From Actinomycetota bacterium (GTDB lineage: Bacteria > Actinomycetota > CADDZG01 > WHSQ01), in contig JBPCNH010000023.1 in the NCBI GenBank assembly GCA_051001455.1, positions 48,393-112,392 of the forward strand: a stretch of 64,000 nt of DNA, written 5' to 3'. The position numbers and the translations under genes are program-made. The notes under the pieces are model-generated. The model had not been told where the DNA came from. It saw nothing but the letters and a program-made list of their open reading frames with translations, and did no database searches. The stretch's first letter is position 1. Each line of letters begins with the position of its first letter. Of the stretch, positions 1-10,113 are shown piece after piece.

Positions 1-193
1 CCGAGCACGTCCCACAGCCGACACCCGGCTCGATCGGGCAGTTCATCGCTGCCGCCATCGCTACCGCAGCCAAGCGTTTCCCCGAGCCACGCGGTCCGAG
101 TAGCAACCACGAGTGTGGGATGTCGCCGGAGAGGATCTGACGCGCCAGCCCCTCGATCACCCGGGAGCCGTCGAGCTTGCTCCAGACGTTCAT
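1..193 (-). CDS. holB: DNA polymerase III delta-prime subunit, N-terminal part (runs off window)
   Basis: Minus-strand ATG at 193 overlaps the tmk stop (ATGA). My reverse-complement translation is MNVWSKLDGSRVIEGLARQILSGDIPHSWLLLGPRGSGKRLAAVAMAAAMNCP..., with the delta-prime 'LLLGPxGxGK' motif. Position downstream of tmk fits actinobacterial synteny. Confidence 0.75.
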   Translation of the reverse strand, partial: MNVWSKLDGSRVIEGLARQILSGDIPHSWLLLGPRGSGKRLAAVAMAAAMNCPIEPGVGCGTCS

Positions 194-2121
194 CGGGGCA
201 TAGGACCGGGTGGTGGGACCTCGTGGCTCAGCGAGAGTTGGATGCCTGCCTGCTTGCTGCGTTCCTGGAACACCTTCACGATCTCCTTGTGGACCTCGGT
301 CGGCGGCCGCGACGCGTCCACGATCGCGAACCTGTCCGGGTAGCGCTCGGCGATCTGAACGTATGCATCGGCGACCCGCTCGTGGAACCCGGCCTCCTCT
401 CGCTCGATCCGATCGTGGCTCCCGTCCAGTCGGTCCATCCCCGTCTCGACATCGACCTTCAGATAGAAGACGAGGTCGGGCAACAAACCGGATGTAGCCC
501 ACTGGCTGATCTCGGCGATCTTCTCGATCCCCAGATCGCGCCCAAGACCCTGATAGGCGAGTGACGAGTCGATGAAGCGATCGGAGACGACCACCTTGCC
601 TTCGTTTAGTGCGGGGCGTATGACCTCTGCCACGTGCTGGGCGCGGTCTGCGGCATAGAGAAGGGCCTCGGTGCGGGCATCCATGTCGGCTGAAGAAGGA
701 TCGAGCAGCACGGCCCGTATCCGCTCGCCGATGGCCGTTCCTCCCGGCTCCCGCGTCGCGAGCACCGCGTCGCCCCGCGCTTCGAGCCATGTCACGAAAG
801 CAGAGATCTGAGTGCTCTTACCAGCGCCTTCGCCGCCCTCGAAAGCAACGAAGTAACCGGACCGCGCGGTTGTGCCCGCCCCGTTCCAGCGTTCTTTGAT
901 CGCGCGCATCGACAGGAATCCGCCGCCGATCGCGAACAGCCCTGCCAGCATCAAAGTGGAGCGGGTGCCCGGCATGTAGAAGTCAAACGTCGCGATACGC
1001 ACCATGTAGTTCCCGATCGCTCCCGCTATCAGCGGGAAGAGGCCTAACCCCAGCAGCGTGCCGATCCGGATGGCCGTGTAAGCCGCGCTGAAGGTCCTGC
1101 CGCGCAGCTCATCCTCGGTGTTCTCGTGCATCAAGGAATAACCGGCCGAATACGCAGCCCCACCGAAGAACCCGAGGGCGCTGGCGATGGGGATGGCCGC
1201 GTCGAGACTGCTCATGGCGGCGAGAGCTATCAGTCCACCACCCAGCAACAGGATGGAAGACGAGAACAGAACGTCTTTCTGCATCCGTTTCGCGATCTGC
1301 CCGACCGCCAGTAGTCCGATGATCATGCCGGTCGCCAGGAATCCGACCAGGAAGACGAACCCGCGGTCGTCGGAGCCTAAAACGTCGTGAGCGAACCCAA
1401 CGCCCAAAGAGAAGACGCCACCGGCGGCGGTGAAGGTGAACGCGATGCCGATGATCCAGGGCCGGACCTTCTTGTGCTGCACGACGAAACGCAGACCTTC
1501 GACGAGATCTCGCCACACGTCGGCGAGCTCGAACTTCCCGCCCCGGTGCCTAGAGCTCGGGATGCTCAACGTAGCGATCATCACCGCCGAGAAAACGAAG
1601 GTCCCAGAATCGAGCCACAACGCCAGAGCCTCAGGGGTTTCGGCCAACCCCGACAGGGCCGGGACCCTGGCGGCCACGAAGACGCTGAGGGTGGCCAACA
1701 ACGCATACACAACCGAAGCGACAGGCCACGGACCGTAGACGCCGAGCAGCGAGAGCGAGTTGGCATGGGTGAGGTGGTGGGTGGGCACCAGGTGTGGGAG
1801 TGACGCGTCCTTCGCCGGCCCCCAGATCAACGTCAAGCTCTCGAGAGCGGCCGACGCGAAGAGGAGGTAGATCAGGTTCGGGAACAGCGGCAGAGAGAAG
1901 ATGATGACCGCCCTGATGACGTCGGCGATGACCATCGTCCGCCTCCGGTCCCAGCGGTCGGCTATCACGCCGGCGAGCGGTCCGACGAAGAATCCGGGTA
2001 AGACCCTTGCGGTCATGACGACGCCGACGCCGGTGGGGCCGCCGATCCTCTCGGCCAGAACGATGATGGCCAACACGCCGATCCAGTCCCCGAGGCTCGA
2101 GACCATCTGAGCGAAGAACAA
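190..2121 (-). CDS. tmk: MFS transporter fused to thymidylate kinase
   Basis: 643-aa ORF. The N-terminal ~410 aa are multi-TM and MFS-like (FFAQMVSSLGDWIG...). The C-terminal ~210 aa are Tmk (FEGGEGAGKSTQ P-loop, TREPGGT, SDRF). Start is uncertain: MFS-like residues continue upstream of the TTG at 2121. Confidence 0.85.
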   Translation of the reverse strand: MFFAQMVSSLGDWIGVLAIIVLAERIGGPTGVGVVMTARVLPGFFVGPLAGVIADRWDRRRTMVIADVIRAVIIFSLPLFPNLIYLLFASAALESLTLIWGPAKDASLPHLVPTHHLTHANSLSLLGVYGPWPVASVVYALLATLSVFVAARVPALSGLAETPEALALWLDSGTFVFSAVMIATLSIPSSRHRGGKFELADVWRDLVEGLRFVVQHKKVRPWIIGIAFTFTAAGGVFSLGVGFAHDVLGSDDRGFVFLVGFLATGMIIGLLAVGQIAKRMQKDVLFSSSILLLGGGLIALAAMSSLDAAIPIASALGFFGGAAYSAGYSLMHENTEDELRGRTFSAAYTAIRIGTLLGLGLFPLIAGAIGNYMVRIATFDFYMPGTRSTLMLAGLFAIGGGFLSMRAIKERWNGAGTTARSGYFVAFEGGEGAGKSTQISAFVTWLEARGDAVLATREPGGTAIGERIRAVLLDPSSADMDARTEALLYAADRAQHVAEVIRPALNEGKVVVSDRFIDSSLAYQGLGRDLGIEKIAEISQWATSGLLPDLVFYLKVDVETGMDRLDGSHDRIEREEAGFHERVADAYVQIAERYPDRFAIVDASRPPTEVHKEIVKVFQERSKQAGIQLSLSHEVPPPGPMPR

Positions 2122-2294
2122 CCGCCTGAAATTGCGGTTCTTGAGCAGGATGGCGTAGGTGACCTGCTCGTCGTTCGGAGCAGGCAGGACGGTGAGGTCC
2201 GGGCGGTGCTGCGGAGCTTGTTGGATGAGGCCTCCCCGTCGACGGTGTCGGGACCATCCTAGTAAGGCGGGGAACGGGACGTAAGGACCGGTTT

Positions 2295-4991
2295 CTAGTC
2301 TTCTGCCGGCCTGGTCCGCTTGGCAGCCGTTTTCTTGGCCGCGGTCTTCTTCTTGGCGGTCTTCTTCTTGGCCGTCTTCTTGGACGATCTCTTGCGGGTC
2401 GTCTTCTTCCGCTTCTTCGGAGGGCCTGCCGCTCGCTTCTCGGCGAGCATCTCAGAGGCCTTCTCGAGGGTGATGGACTCGGGAGTGAGTCCCCGAGGAA
2501 CGGATGCGTTGTATTCGCCGTCGGTGACGTAGGGACCGAAGCGCCCGTCCTTGATCACCAACGGGAGCTTCGTCTCGGGATCTGTCCCCAATTCCTTCAG
2601 CGGAGGGGCGGCGCCCCTCCGACCTCGCTGCTTGGGCTGCGCAAGCAGAGCCAAGGCTTCCTCGAGGGTGATGGTGAAGATCTGCTCCTCGCTGGTCAGG
2701 GAACGGGTATCGCTCCCCTTCTTGATGTACGGCCCGTAACGGCCGTTCAGGGCCTCGATCGGCTCACCAACGTCCGGATGCTTACCGATCTCGCGCGGGA
2801 TCGTCAGCAGTTTGAGCGCATCCTCGAGAGTCACCGAAGTGATGTCCATCGACTTGAACAGCGAAGCGGTGCGGGGCTTGTCCTTGGACCCTTCCTCGAT
2901 CTCGCCTAGTTGCACGTACGGCCCGTAACGTCCCGACTTCACGATCACATCGAGACCGGTCTCGGGGTCCTTGCCGAGGGTCCGGTCTTCGCTCGGGGCT
3001 TCGAGCAACTCGGTAGCACGCTCTATCGACAACTCGTCGGGCGCGACGTCCTCTGGTATCGAGGCGCGATCCTCATCACGCTGCAGGTATGGGCCGTAGC
3101 GACCCACACGGATGACGATCTCGCGACCCTGGTCGTCCTTGCCGAGCGGTATCGAGTTGACCGCGCGCGCGTCGATGTCTTCCAGACGCTCGGCCACCAT
3201 CCGTTTCAAACCGGACTGCCCGTTCCCAAAGTAGAACTTGCTCAGCCACGGGATGGCTTCCTTGTCGCCTGCTGCGATGTCGTCGAGGTCATCCTCCATG
3301 CGCGCCGTGAAGTCGTAATCGACCAGACGCTCGAAGTTGTCTTTGAGGAGGTTCACCACTGCGAAGGCGACGAAAGAAGGGACCAGAGCCGAACCCTTCT
3401 TCCACACGTATCCACGGTTCTGGATCGTGCCGATGATGCTCGCGTAGGTAGAAGGCCGGCCGACGCCGAGGTCCTCGAGCTTCTTGACGAGACTGGCTTC
3501 CGTATAACGCGCCGGCGGTTGTGTCTCGTGCCCCTTCGCCTCCATCCCTGAGGAAGTGACGGTCGCTCCTTCAGCCAGACGAGGCAAGTGCACCTCCCTG
3601 TCCTCGAGCACGGCATCGGGATCGTCCGTTCCTTCCACATAGGCCCGCAGGAATCCGGGGAACGTGATCACCTTCCCCGAGGCAGCGAACTCTGCATCCT
3701 CTCCGGAAGTCGCGGACGCACCCAGCCGGATGGAGACGCTCTGACCGCGCGCGTCTGCCATCTGGGAGGCAACCGTGCGTTTCCAGATCAGGTCGTAAAG
3801 GCGCTGTTCGTCGGCGTTCAGCTCGCGGGCGACGTCGGCCGGCTTCCGGAAGCGATCGCCCGCCGGCCGGACCGCTTCGTGTGCTTCCTGGGCATTCTTC
3901 ACCTTTCCCTTGTAGCGGCGAGGTTGGTCCGGGACGTAGTCGGCGCCGTAGAGCTCGCGTGCTTGACGGCGCGCCGCGTCGAGAGCTGTTGCCGAGAGCG
4001 TGATGCTGTCGGTTCGCATATAGGTGATGTAACCGTTCTCGTATAAGCGCTGCGCCACCTGCATCGTTCGCTGAGAAGAAAAGCGCAGTTTGCGGCCGGC
4101 CTCTTGCTGCAACGTAGACGTGATGAAGGGCGGCGCCGGAGATCTCTTATAGGGACTCTCTTTGACGGAACGGACTGCGAAGGAAGCATCGTCCAGAGCG
4201 TCTGCCAGCGCAGCAGCGCGGGCCCCGTCCAGGACCACCACGTCGGAACCTTTGAGATGGCCGGAGTCGTTGAAGTCCTTACCGGTCGCCAGGCGCTTGC
4301 CGTCAAGTGTCACGAGCGTGGCCGTGAACCGCCTGGTGTCTCCGGCCTCTTGACCCGCATCGAAGTTGCCCTCGATATCCCAATAGCCCGCGGGAGTGAA
4401 TCGCATCCGCTCGAGCTCTCTCTCGACGATGATCCGCGTAGCGACAGACTGGACACGGCCTGCGGACAATCGGGGAAGGACCTTGCGCCACAGGACGGGA
4501 GAGACCTCGTAGCCGTACAACCGATCGAGGATGCGGCGCGCTTCTTGAGCATCGACCAACCGGCGATCGAGCTCTCTCGGGTTCTCGGCGGCTCTCATCA
4601 CGGCCTCTTTCGTGATCTCGTGGAAGACCATCCGCTTGACGGGGATCGTCGGCGCCAGGACCTCGAGGAGGTGCCACGCGATCGACTCTCCCTCACGGTC
4701 CTCGTCCGTCGCGAGGTACAGCTGATCCGCGTTCTTCATCAGGTCTTTGAGGCGCTTGACCTGTTGCTTCTTCTTCGAGGACACGACGTAAAGCGGCTTG
4801 AAGTCGTTGTCTACGTCGACGCCCAGACGAGCCCATGCCTCTCCCTTATAAGCGGCAGGGATCTCGGTCGCGTTCCCCGGCAGGTCGCGGATATGCCCGA
4901 TCGAAGACTCGACCAAGAACTCGCGGCCGAGTATGCCGGCGATGGTCTTGGCCTTCGCCGGCGACTCGACGATCACAAGTGCTTTACCCAT
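2295..4991 (-). CDS. topA: DNA topoisomerase I (type IA) with Lys-rich C-terminal tail
   Basis: 898 aa. TOPRIM start MGKALVIVESPAKAKTI, active-site region GYITYMRTDS, repeated C-terminal GRYGPY modules and a KKRKKTTRKRSSKKTAKKK tail typical of actinobacterial TopA. Confidence 0.95.
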   Translation of the reverse strand: MGKALVIVESPAKAKTIAGILGREFLVESSIGHIRDLPGNATEIPAAYKGEAWARLGVDVDNDFKPLYVVSSKKKQQVKRLKDLMKNADQLYLATDEDREGESIAWHLLEVLAPTIPVKRMVFHEITKEAVMRAAENPRELDRRLVDAQEARRILDRLYGYEVSPVLWRKVLPRLSAGRVQSVATRIIVERELERMRFTPAGYWDIEGNFDAGQEAGDTRRFTATLVTLDGKRLATGKDFNDSGHLKGSDVVVLDGARAAALADALDDASFAVRSVKESPYKRSPAPPFITSTLQQEAGRKLRFSSQRTMQVAQRLYENGYITYMRTDSITLSATALDAARRQARELYGADYVPDQPRRYKGKVKNAQEAHEAVRPAGDRFRKPADVARELNADEQRLYDLIWKRTVASQMADARGQSVSIRLGASATSGEDAEFAASGKVITFPGFLRAYVEGTDDPDAVLEDREVHLPRLAEGATVTSSGMEAKGHETQPPARYTEASLVKKLEDLGVGRPSTYASIIGTIQNRGYVWKKGSALVPSFVAFAVVNLLKDNFERLVDYDFTARMEDDLDDIAAGDKEAIPWLSKFYFGNGQSGLKRMVAERLEDIDARAVNSIPLGKDDQGREIVIRVGRYGPYLQRDEDRASIPEDVAPDELSIERATELLEAPSEDRTLGKDPETGLDVIVKSGRYGPYVQLGEIEEGSKDKPRTASLFKSMDITSVTLEDALKLLTIPREIGKHPDVGEPIEALNGRYGPYIKKGSDTRSLTSEEQIFTITLEEALALLAQPKQRGRRGAAPPLKELGTDPETKLPLVIKDGRFGPYVTDGEYNASVPRGLTPESITLEKASEMLAEKRAAGPPKKRKKTTRKRSSKKTAKKKTAKKKTAAKKTAAKRTRPAED

Positions 4992-5075
4992 GTAACTCCT
5001 CTATCGGGAACGTCCGTGGTCTATAAGCATCGGCCAATAACTATGCCGAGGGTATGGGACGGGAGAGCCAGCCAC

Positions 5076-5639
5076 TCAGACTAGGTCGATTTCCGGGGCA
5101 ATCTCTTGGATCCCGGTGATCGAAACGGCGATGAAATCGTCCATCGGAACACCGATCCCCTCCTCGACATTCCGGATCTCATCGCGCTCCACACCCGGAG
5201 CGAAGCTCTTCTCCTTGAGCTTCTTCTTCACCGAACTGACCTTCATCCCCTGAGCCTTTTCCGGACGAACCAGAGCGCACGCCACCAGTAAGCCGGCCAC
5301 CGCATCGGCGTGAACGATCGCTTTCGCCAGCAGGTCGGTGCGGTATTCCTCGAACCGGTGGGCGAGGATCGCATTTAGAACGCCCTCGTCTTGGAAACCT
5401 TCTGCCTTCAGCCACTCGACCGTGAGGTGAGCGTGGTGGCCGAGGTCCCCATCCTCAGAAGCCGTGACATCGTAGTCGAGGTCGTGGAAGAGGCCCGTCC
5501 ATCCCCACCGGTCCTCGTCTTCTCCGAGATGACGGGCGAGTGACCGCATCACCCCTTCGACCGAGATGAGATGCCGGTAGGTGATCTCTTTGGTCGTGTA
5601 CTCGCGCACCAACTCGAGCGCAGCGGCTCTATCCATCAC
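5076..5639 (-). CDS. HD/HDIG-domain metal-dependent phosphohydrolase
   Basis: 187 aa with an HD signature (GLFHDLDYD, HHAHL). Stop/start overlap (ATGA) with the upstream trkA-like gene. Confidence 0.7.
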   Translation of the reverse strand: MMDRAAALELVREYTTKEITYRHLISVEGVMRSLARHLGEDEDRWGWTGLFHDLDYDVTASEDGDLGHHAHLTVEWLKAEGFQDEGVLNAILAHRFEEYRTDLLAKAIVHADAVAGLLVACALVRPEKAQGMKVSSVKKKLKEKSFAPGVERDEIRNVEEGIGVPMDDFIAVSITGIQEIAPEIDLV

Positions 5640-6313
5640 TCACCGATCAACGCGCGCTGAAGGTCCTGTTCACCCTGGGAAGTAGCGAGCGCGAGAACCT
5701 CGTCCCCGGCGTGCAGTGGCGTCTCCGGCTTGGGAGTGATCACATGCCGGTCACGCACGATGGCCACCAGCGTGGAATCTGCCGGGATATCGAGCTCTGC
5801 GATCGTCTTGCCTTGCGCCGGTGAGTCCTCGGCGAGCGTGACCTCCAGCAGAGTCACTTTTCCTTGTTCGAGTTGCAGCAACCGGACGAGGTCCCCTACC
5901 GAGACGGCTTCTTCGACGAGAGAGGTCAAGAGATGAGGGGTCGACACAGAAACGTCTACTCCCCACGTCTCATTGAAGAGCCAATCGTTGTCGGGGTAGT
6001 TGACCCGTGCGACCACCCGAGGAACGGCGAACTCCTGCTTCGCAAGGAGGGAGATGACGAGGTTGTCCTCGTCGTCACCGGTGGCTGCAACCATGACGTC
6101 GCAGGAGGACAGCACCGCGGCATCGAGGACATCTAATTCACACGCATCACCGCCGATCCAGTTGGCGTCGATCGTGTCCTTGAGAGCGCGCAGCTTGCCC
6201 TTGTCCTCTTCGATGAGCACGATCTCGTGACCCTTGGAGACGAGATCTCGAGCTACGTAGCGACCGACCTTCCCGGCTCCGGCGACGGCGATGCGGATCC
6301 TCTTACTAGTCAT
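5636..6313 (-). CDS. trkA: TrkA-family K+ transport NAD-binding protein (TrkA-N + TrkA-C)
   Basis: 225 aa. Rossmann motif AVAGAGKVGR and a C-terminal RCK_C-like region. Paired with a second trkA-like gene as in mycobacterial ceoB/ceoC. Confidence 0.85.
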   Translation of the reverse strand: MTSKRIRIAVAGAGKVGRYVARDLVSKGHEIVLIEEDKGKLRALKDTIDANWIGGDACELDVLDAAVLSSCDVMVAATGDDEDNLVISLLAKQEFAVPRVVARVNYPDNDWLFNETWGVDVSVSTPHLLTSLVEEAVSVGDLVRLLQLEQGKVTLLEVTLAEDSPAQGKTIAELDIPADSTLVAIVRDRHVITPKPETPLHAGDEVLALATSQGEQDLQRALIGE

Positions 6314-6972
6314 TCCGGTCGCCCTACTTTCTTCAGCTCCTCGGTGAGGTTCGCGGCCGCCGCTCGCACGGAGGATACATAGAGGATGTCGCCGTCCTGC
6401 ACAGCCAGATCTTTGTCGGGGATCCTCGGCACACCGAACCGGCTCAACGCGACCACGCGGCGCAGACCTTCCAGATCCATGTCTATTACCTTCTTCCCGA
6501 CGAGCTCCGGGGTGGCGGGCACCGATGTGATCACTACCTCGCCGTTGTCCACCGTGTAAGCAACAGGCACGTCATCGGGGAGCAAAAACCGCAGGATCTG
6601 GTCCGTCGTCCACCGGACCGTAGCTACCGTCTGGATCCCGAGGCGTTGATAGATCTGAGCTCGACGCGGATCGTAGATCCGGGCGACCACATACGGAACC
6701 CGGTAATGCTCTTTCGCCACGCGCGCCGACACGATGTTCGAGTTGTCGCCGCTCGTGACTGAGGTGAACGCGTTGGCTTCTTCGATACCGGCTTCAGAGA
6801 GAACGGTCCGATCGAAGGCGAAGCCGACGATCCGTTTTCCACCGAATCCCGGCTTCAAGCGCTCGAAAGCAGACTCCTCGCGGTCGATGACCACGACGGA
6901 GTGGCCCAGCCGCTCGAGGTTCGACGCCAGCTCGGACCCCACCCGACCGCAGCCGCCGATGATCACATGCAC
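6310..6972 (-). CDS. trkA: TrkA-family K+ transport NAD-binding protein
   Basis: 220 aa. Motif IIGGCGRVGS plus an RCK_C-like C-terminus. Overlaps the downstream paralog by 4 nt. Confidence 0.85.
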   Translation of the reverse strand: MHVIIGGCGRVGSELASNLERLGHSVVVIDREESAFERLKPGFGGKRIVGFAFDRTVLSEAGIEEANAFTSVTSGDNSNIVSARVAKEHYRVPYVVARIYDPRRAQIYQRLGIQTVATVRWTTDQILRFLLPDDVPVAYTVDNGEVVITSVPATPELVGKKVIDMDLEGLRRVVALSRFGVPRIPDKDLAVQDGDILYVSSVRAAAANLTEELKKVGRPE

Positions 6973-6998
6973 TCTCTACGCCACTCCTTAGTCATTCC

Positions 6999-7409
6999 AT
7001 GCCGAGCTACCGGATACTGCCATACTTCCCAATCGTGACTCGGGTCAAGAAGGTAGGTACGGGGATCACCCGATCCCCCGAGGACATCAGAGCTGAGAAT
7101 CTCCGGGATTGGGCGGAGACCATCCCCGGGACGACGCGCATCTCCCAGATCCGGCCGCGTGAGCGATCCAAGGTCGTCGGAGTCATCGACAAGATACGCA
7201 TCGACCCTCGCGAAGGCAGCACGTCCATCGAAGCAACCTTCTCGGACGGCACAGGTCAGATGGTGGCGAAGTGGTTACGCGGGAAGGTCGAAGGCATCAG
7301 ATTGGGCAGAGGCCTGATCGTCACCGGCGCTATCGGAGGGACCTCGGAGGAGGGGTTCTCGATCCTCAATCCTGAGTATGACCTGATCGACGGGCCCCAC
7401 CATGGTTAA
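6999..7409 (+). CDS. OB-fold nucleic-acid-binding domain protein
   Basis: 136 aa. Resembles the small OB-fold proteins found beside trkA/APC-permease genes in actinobacteria (RERSKVVGVIDKIRIDPREG...ATFSDGTG). Start codon uncertain. Confidence 0.55.
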   Translation: MPSYRILPYFPIVTRVKKVGTGITRSPEDIRAENLRDWAETIPGTTRISQIRPRERSKVVGVIDKIRIDPREGSTSIEATFSDGTGQMVAKWLRGKVEGIRLGRGLIVTGAIGGTSEEGFSILNPEYDLIDGPHHG

Positions 7410-7422
7410 GGCGCGGTGACGC

Positions 7423-9693
7423 GTGCCTAAGATCCAACAGGCAGTCAAGCGGATCTTCCTCGGCCGCCCGATGAGCTCAGGGGAACTCGAACACACACTG
7501 CTACCCAAGAAGATCGCCTTGCCGGTCTTCTCCTCGGACCCACTCTCCTCCAATGCCTACGCGACGCAGGAAGCGCTGATCGTTCTGGCGGCCGCGGGCG
7601 CCGTTGGGATGTCGCTCATCCTGCCCATCGCGCTCGCAGTAGCCGGCCTTCTGTGGATCGTCGTCACCTCGTACCGGCAGACGGTACGCGCGTATCCCGC
7701 GGGCGGCGGTGCATACAGGGTGTCGCGCGAGAACCTCGGTACCAAGGCCGGGCTGTTCGCCGGATCAGCTTTACTGATCGACTACTGCATGACCGTAGCC
7801 GTGTCTATAACCGCCGGTGTCGAGGCGCTCAGCTCTCTCTCTGAAGGTCTCTACGAGCACAGGGTCCCACTCGCGTTGTCCTTCGTAGTCCTGGTCACGA
7901 TCGTGAACCTCCGGGGAGCCAAAGAATCGGGGACCCTCTTCGCGATCCCCACATACGGGTTCGTCATCTCGATCTATCTGATGATCGGAACGGGGCTGGT
8001 GAAGTGCCTCGGCGGATGCCCGCAGGCCGAAACGGCTACTCAACATCTGGAAGTCACCGCGACGCTGTCCTTCTTCCTGATCCTGAGGGCCTTCGCTGCC
8101 GGAACCACGGCGCTCACCGGGGTTGAGGCGATCGCCGACGGTGTACCCGCCTTCCGCTATCCCCAGTCGAAGAACGCAGCCATGACCCTGACGATCATGG
8201 CCACGCTCTCCTCCACGATGTTCATCGGCATCTCGTGGCTGGCGGATCACACCAACGTCGTCTATCTGGAGGACGCAGAGGGCCAACGCTCGGTACTGGC
8301 ACAGGTAGCCGACACGGTATTCAACGGAGGCCCGATGTTCCTCGTCATCCAGCTGATGTCGGCAGCGATTCTCATCCTGGCGGCGAACACCGCCTATCAG
8401 GACTTCCCGCGCCTCGCATCGATCCTGGCTACCGACCGTTTCCTGCCCGGACAGTTCCGCAACCGCGGCGACAGACTCGTCTTCTCGAACGGGGTCATCA
8501 TCCTCGCGATCGCCGCCTCTACGGTGATCTACATATTCGATGCGAACCTCACCCGGCTGATCCAGCTCTATCTAGTGGGTTGCTTCATCTCGTTCACGCT
8601 CTCGCAATCGGGGATGTTCATAAGGACGAGGAAACTGAAAGAGCCGGGATGGCAGAGGCGCTCCACCATCAGCGGGTTCGGAGCGATAGTCACGGGAACG
8701 GTGTTGGTAGTGATCGCCGGTTCCAAGTTCACACACGGCGCGTGGATCGTGCTCACAGCCATACCTCTGCTCATGACCGCTATGCACGCGATCTACAAGC
8801 ACTACAAGACCGTGCAGGACGAGCTTGGCCATCCCGAGCGATATCCCCAGCCGCGGCGCGCCGGACAACACCACATGGTGATCTACGTCGAACAGCTGGA
8901 TGCGGCCGCCGCAAGGGCCGTGGGGTACGCACGGTCGGTGCGGCCGAGCTCGATCACTGCCGTTACTCGCAACAAAACCAGAGCTGCAGCTTGGATGCGA
9001 CTCGCCCCCGAGGTCCCCATCACGACGCTAGAAGGGTCGGGCAATACACCGGCCTTGTTGCGCGGCTATCTGCGCGCACGGAGAGTGGACATGAATCCCG
9101 AGGACTTTCTGACCATCCTCGTCCCGGAGATACTCCAATCAACCGGTCTCTTCGAGATCATCCGGCGTCCGCGACTGCACAATCTCAAGAGGAACCTGAT
9201 CCGCGAGCCGGGTGTGCAGGTGCTGGACGTGCCGATCGTCGCAGGACAGATAGACCCGACTGCCGATGAAGCCCACGAGCCGGGGCGGAACATCGCCGTC
9301 GTACTGGTAGGGACGGTTAACAACGCGGCGCGCCAGGCCATCTACTACGCCGAGACGCTGAGACCCACCGACATCAAGGCACTCTCATTCGGGCTCGAAG
9401 CCGACCCCGAGCACGACCTCGCGTCCGAATGGGTGGACTCGGGTATCGATCATCCCCTCGAGCTGCAGGATTCGCCCTTCCGAGATATCGCGACATCCCT
9501 TACGACCTACGTCCGCCGACTGGCCCCAGATGGAGTGAACAAGATCGTTACCGTCGTCTTACCTGAGTTCGTGGTCGAGAAGAACCGCCATCAGATCCTG
9601 CACAACCAGACAGCGTTGTTGATCAAACGGCAGATGCTCTTCGAGACCGGAGTGGTTGTAGCGAGCGTGCCGTACCACCTCTACAGCACGTAG
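7423..9693 (+). CDS. APC-family permease with large cytoplasmic C-terminal domain
   Basis: 756 aa. N-terminus KRIFLGRPMSSGELEHTLLPKKIALPVFSSDPLSSNAYATQE, about 12 predicted TM helices, then a ~260-aa soluble tail. Rv2690c-like context. Confidence 0.8.
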   Translation: MPKIQQAVKRIFLGRPMSSGELEHTLLPKKIALPVFSSDPLSSNAYATQEALIVLAAAGAVGMSLILPIALAVAGLLWIVVTSYRQTVRAYPAGGGAYRVSRENLGTKAGLFAGSALLIDYCMTVAVSITAGVEALSSLSEGLYEHRVPLALSFVVLVTIVNLRGAKESGTLFAIPTYGFVISIYLMIGTGLVKCLGGCPQAETATQHLEVTATLSFFLILRAFAAGTTALTGVEAIADGVPAFRYPQSKNAAMTLTIMATLSSTMFIGISWLADHTNVVYLEDAEGQRSVLAQVADTVFNGGPMFLVIQLMSAAILILAANTAYQDFPRLASILATDRFLPGQFRNRGDRLVFSNGVIILAIAASTVIYIFDANLTRLIQLYLVGCFISFTLSQSGMFIRTRKLKEPGWQRRSTISGFGAIVTGTVLVVIAGSKFTHGAWIVLTAIPLLMTAMHAIYKHYKTVQDELGHPERYPQPRRAGQHHMVIYVEQLDAAAARAVGYARSVRPSSITAVTRNKTRAAAWMRLAPEVPITTLEGSGNTPALLRGYLRARRVDMNPEDFLTILVPEILQSTGLFEIIRRPRLHNLKRNLIREPGVQVLDVPIVAGQIDPTADEAHEPGRNIAVVLVGTVNNAARQAIYYAETLRPTDIKALSFGLEADPEHDLASEWVDSGIDHPLELQDSPFRDIATSLTTYVRRLAPDGVNKIVTVVLPEFVVEKNRHQILHNQTALLIKRQMLFETGVVVASVPYHLYST

Positions 9694-9716
9694 AGCACCG
9701 GCAAACAGACCGGGCC

Positions 9717-10112
9717 CTAGATCCCTACCCTCAGCCGTGCGACGTGCCCGTCCGGTTGCTCGATGACCGAATAGTCGTCGACGAGGCTCCGGAGGAGATC
9801 TTCCGACATGCGGACGCGAGTGGATATCCCCTGCGTGTCCTCCATGCGCTCACCGGGCGCCGGGGCGGGGGCTCCCGAGATATCGATCGTCACGACGGAC
9901 TCTTCGGCGACCCAGACGACGCGTACGGGTCGCTCGTCACCTGCTTCGGCCTGAGCCATAACGGAGTTCGTGCACGCTTCCGATACTGCGATCTTCAGCT
10001 CGTCGAGTTTCTCCTCGTCGAGTTTCGCTCCGCGCGCGAGTGCAGCGAGAGCAAGACGAACGACGCCGACGAACTCGGGACGAGCGGGTATCCGGATCTC
10101 AACCGGGCGCAA
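9717..10112 (-). CDS. Anti-sigma regulatory factor (RsbW-like Ser kinase, HATPase fold)
   Basis: RPVEIRIPARPEFVGVVRLALAALA...AVSEACTNSV is typical of RsbW/SpoIIAB-like proteins. I place the start at the TTG at 10112, one nt after the STAS gene stop. The 173-aa track ORF start overlaps the STAS gene and is unlikely. Confidence 0.7.
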   Translation of the reverse strand: MRPVEIRIPARPEFVGVVRLALAALARGAKLDEEKLDELKIAVSEACTNSVMAQAEAGDERPVRVVWVAEESVVTIDISGAPAPAPGERMEDTQGISTRVRMSEDLLRSLVDDYSVIEQPDGHVARLRVGI

Positions 10113-10113
10113 A

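Noticed and set aside
2295-2420. Lys-rich tail of TopA as an unusual feature.
   Set aside because: Lys-rich C-terminal tails are a known property of actinobacterial topoisomerase I. This is not novel.
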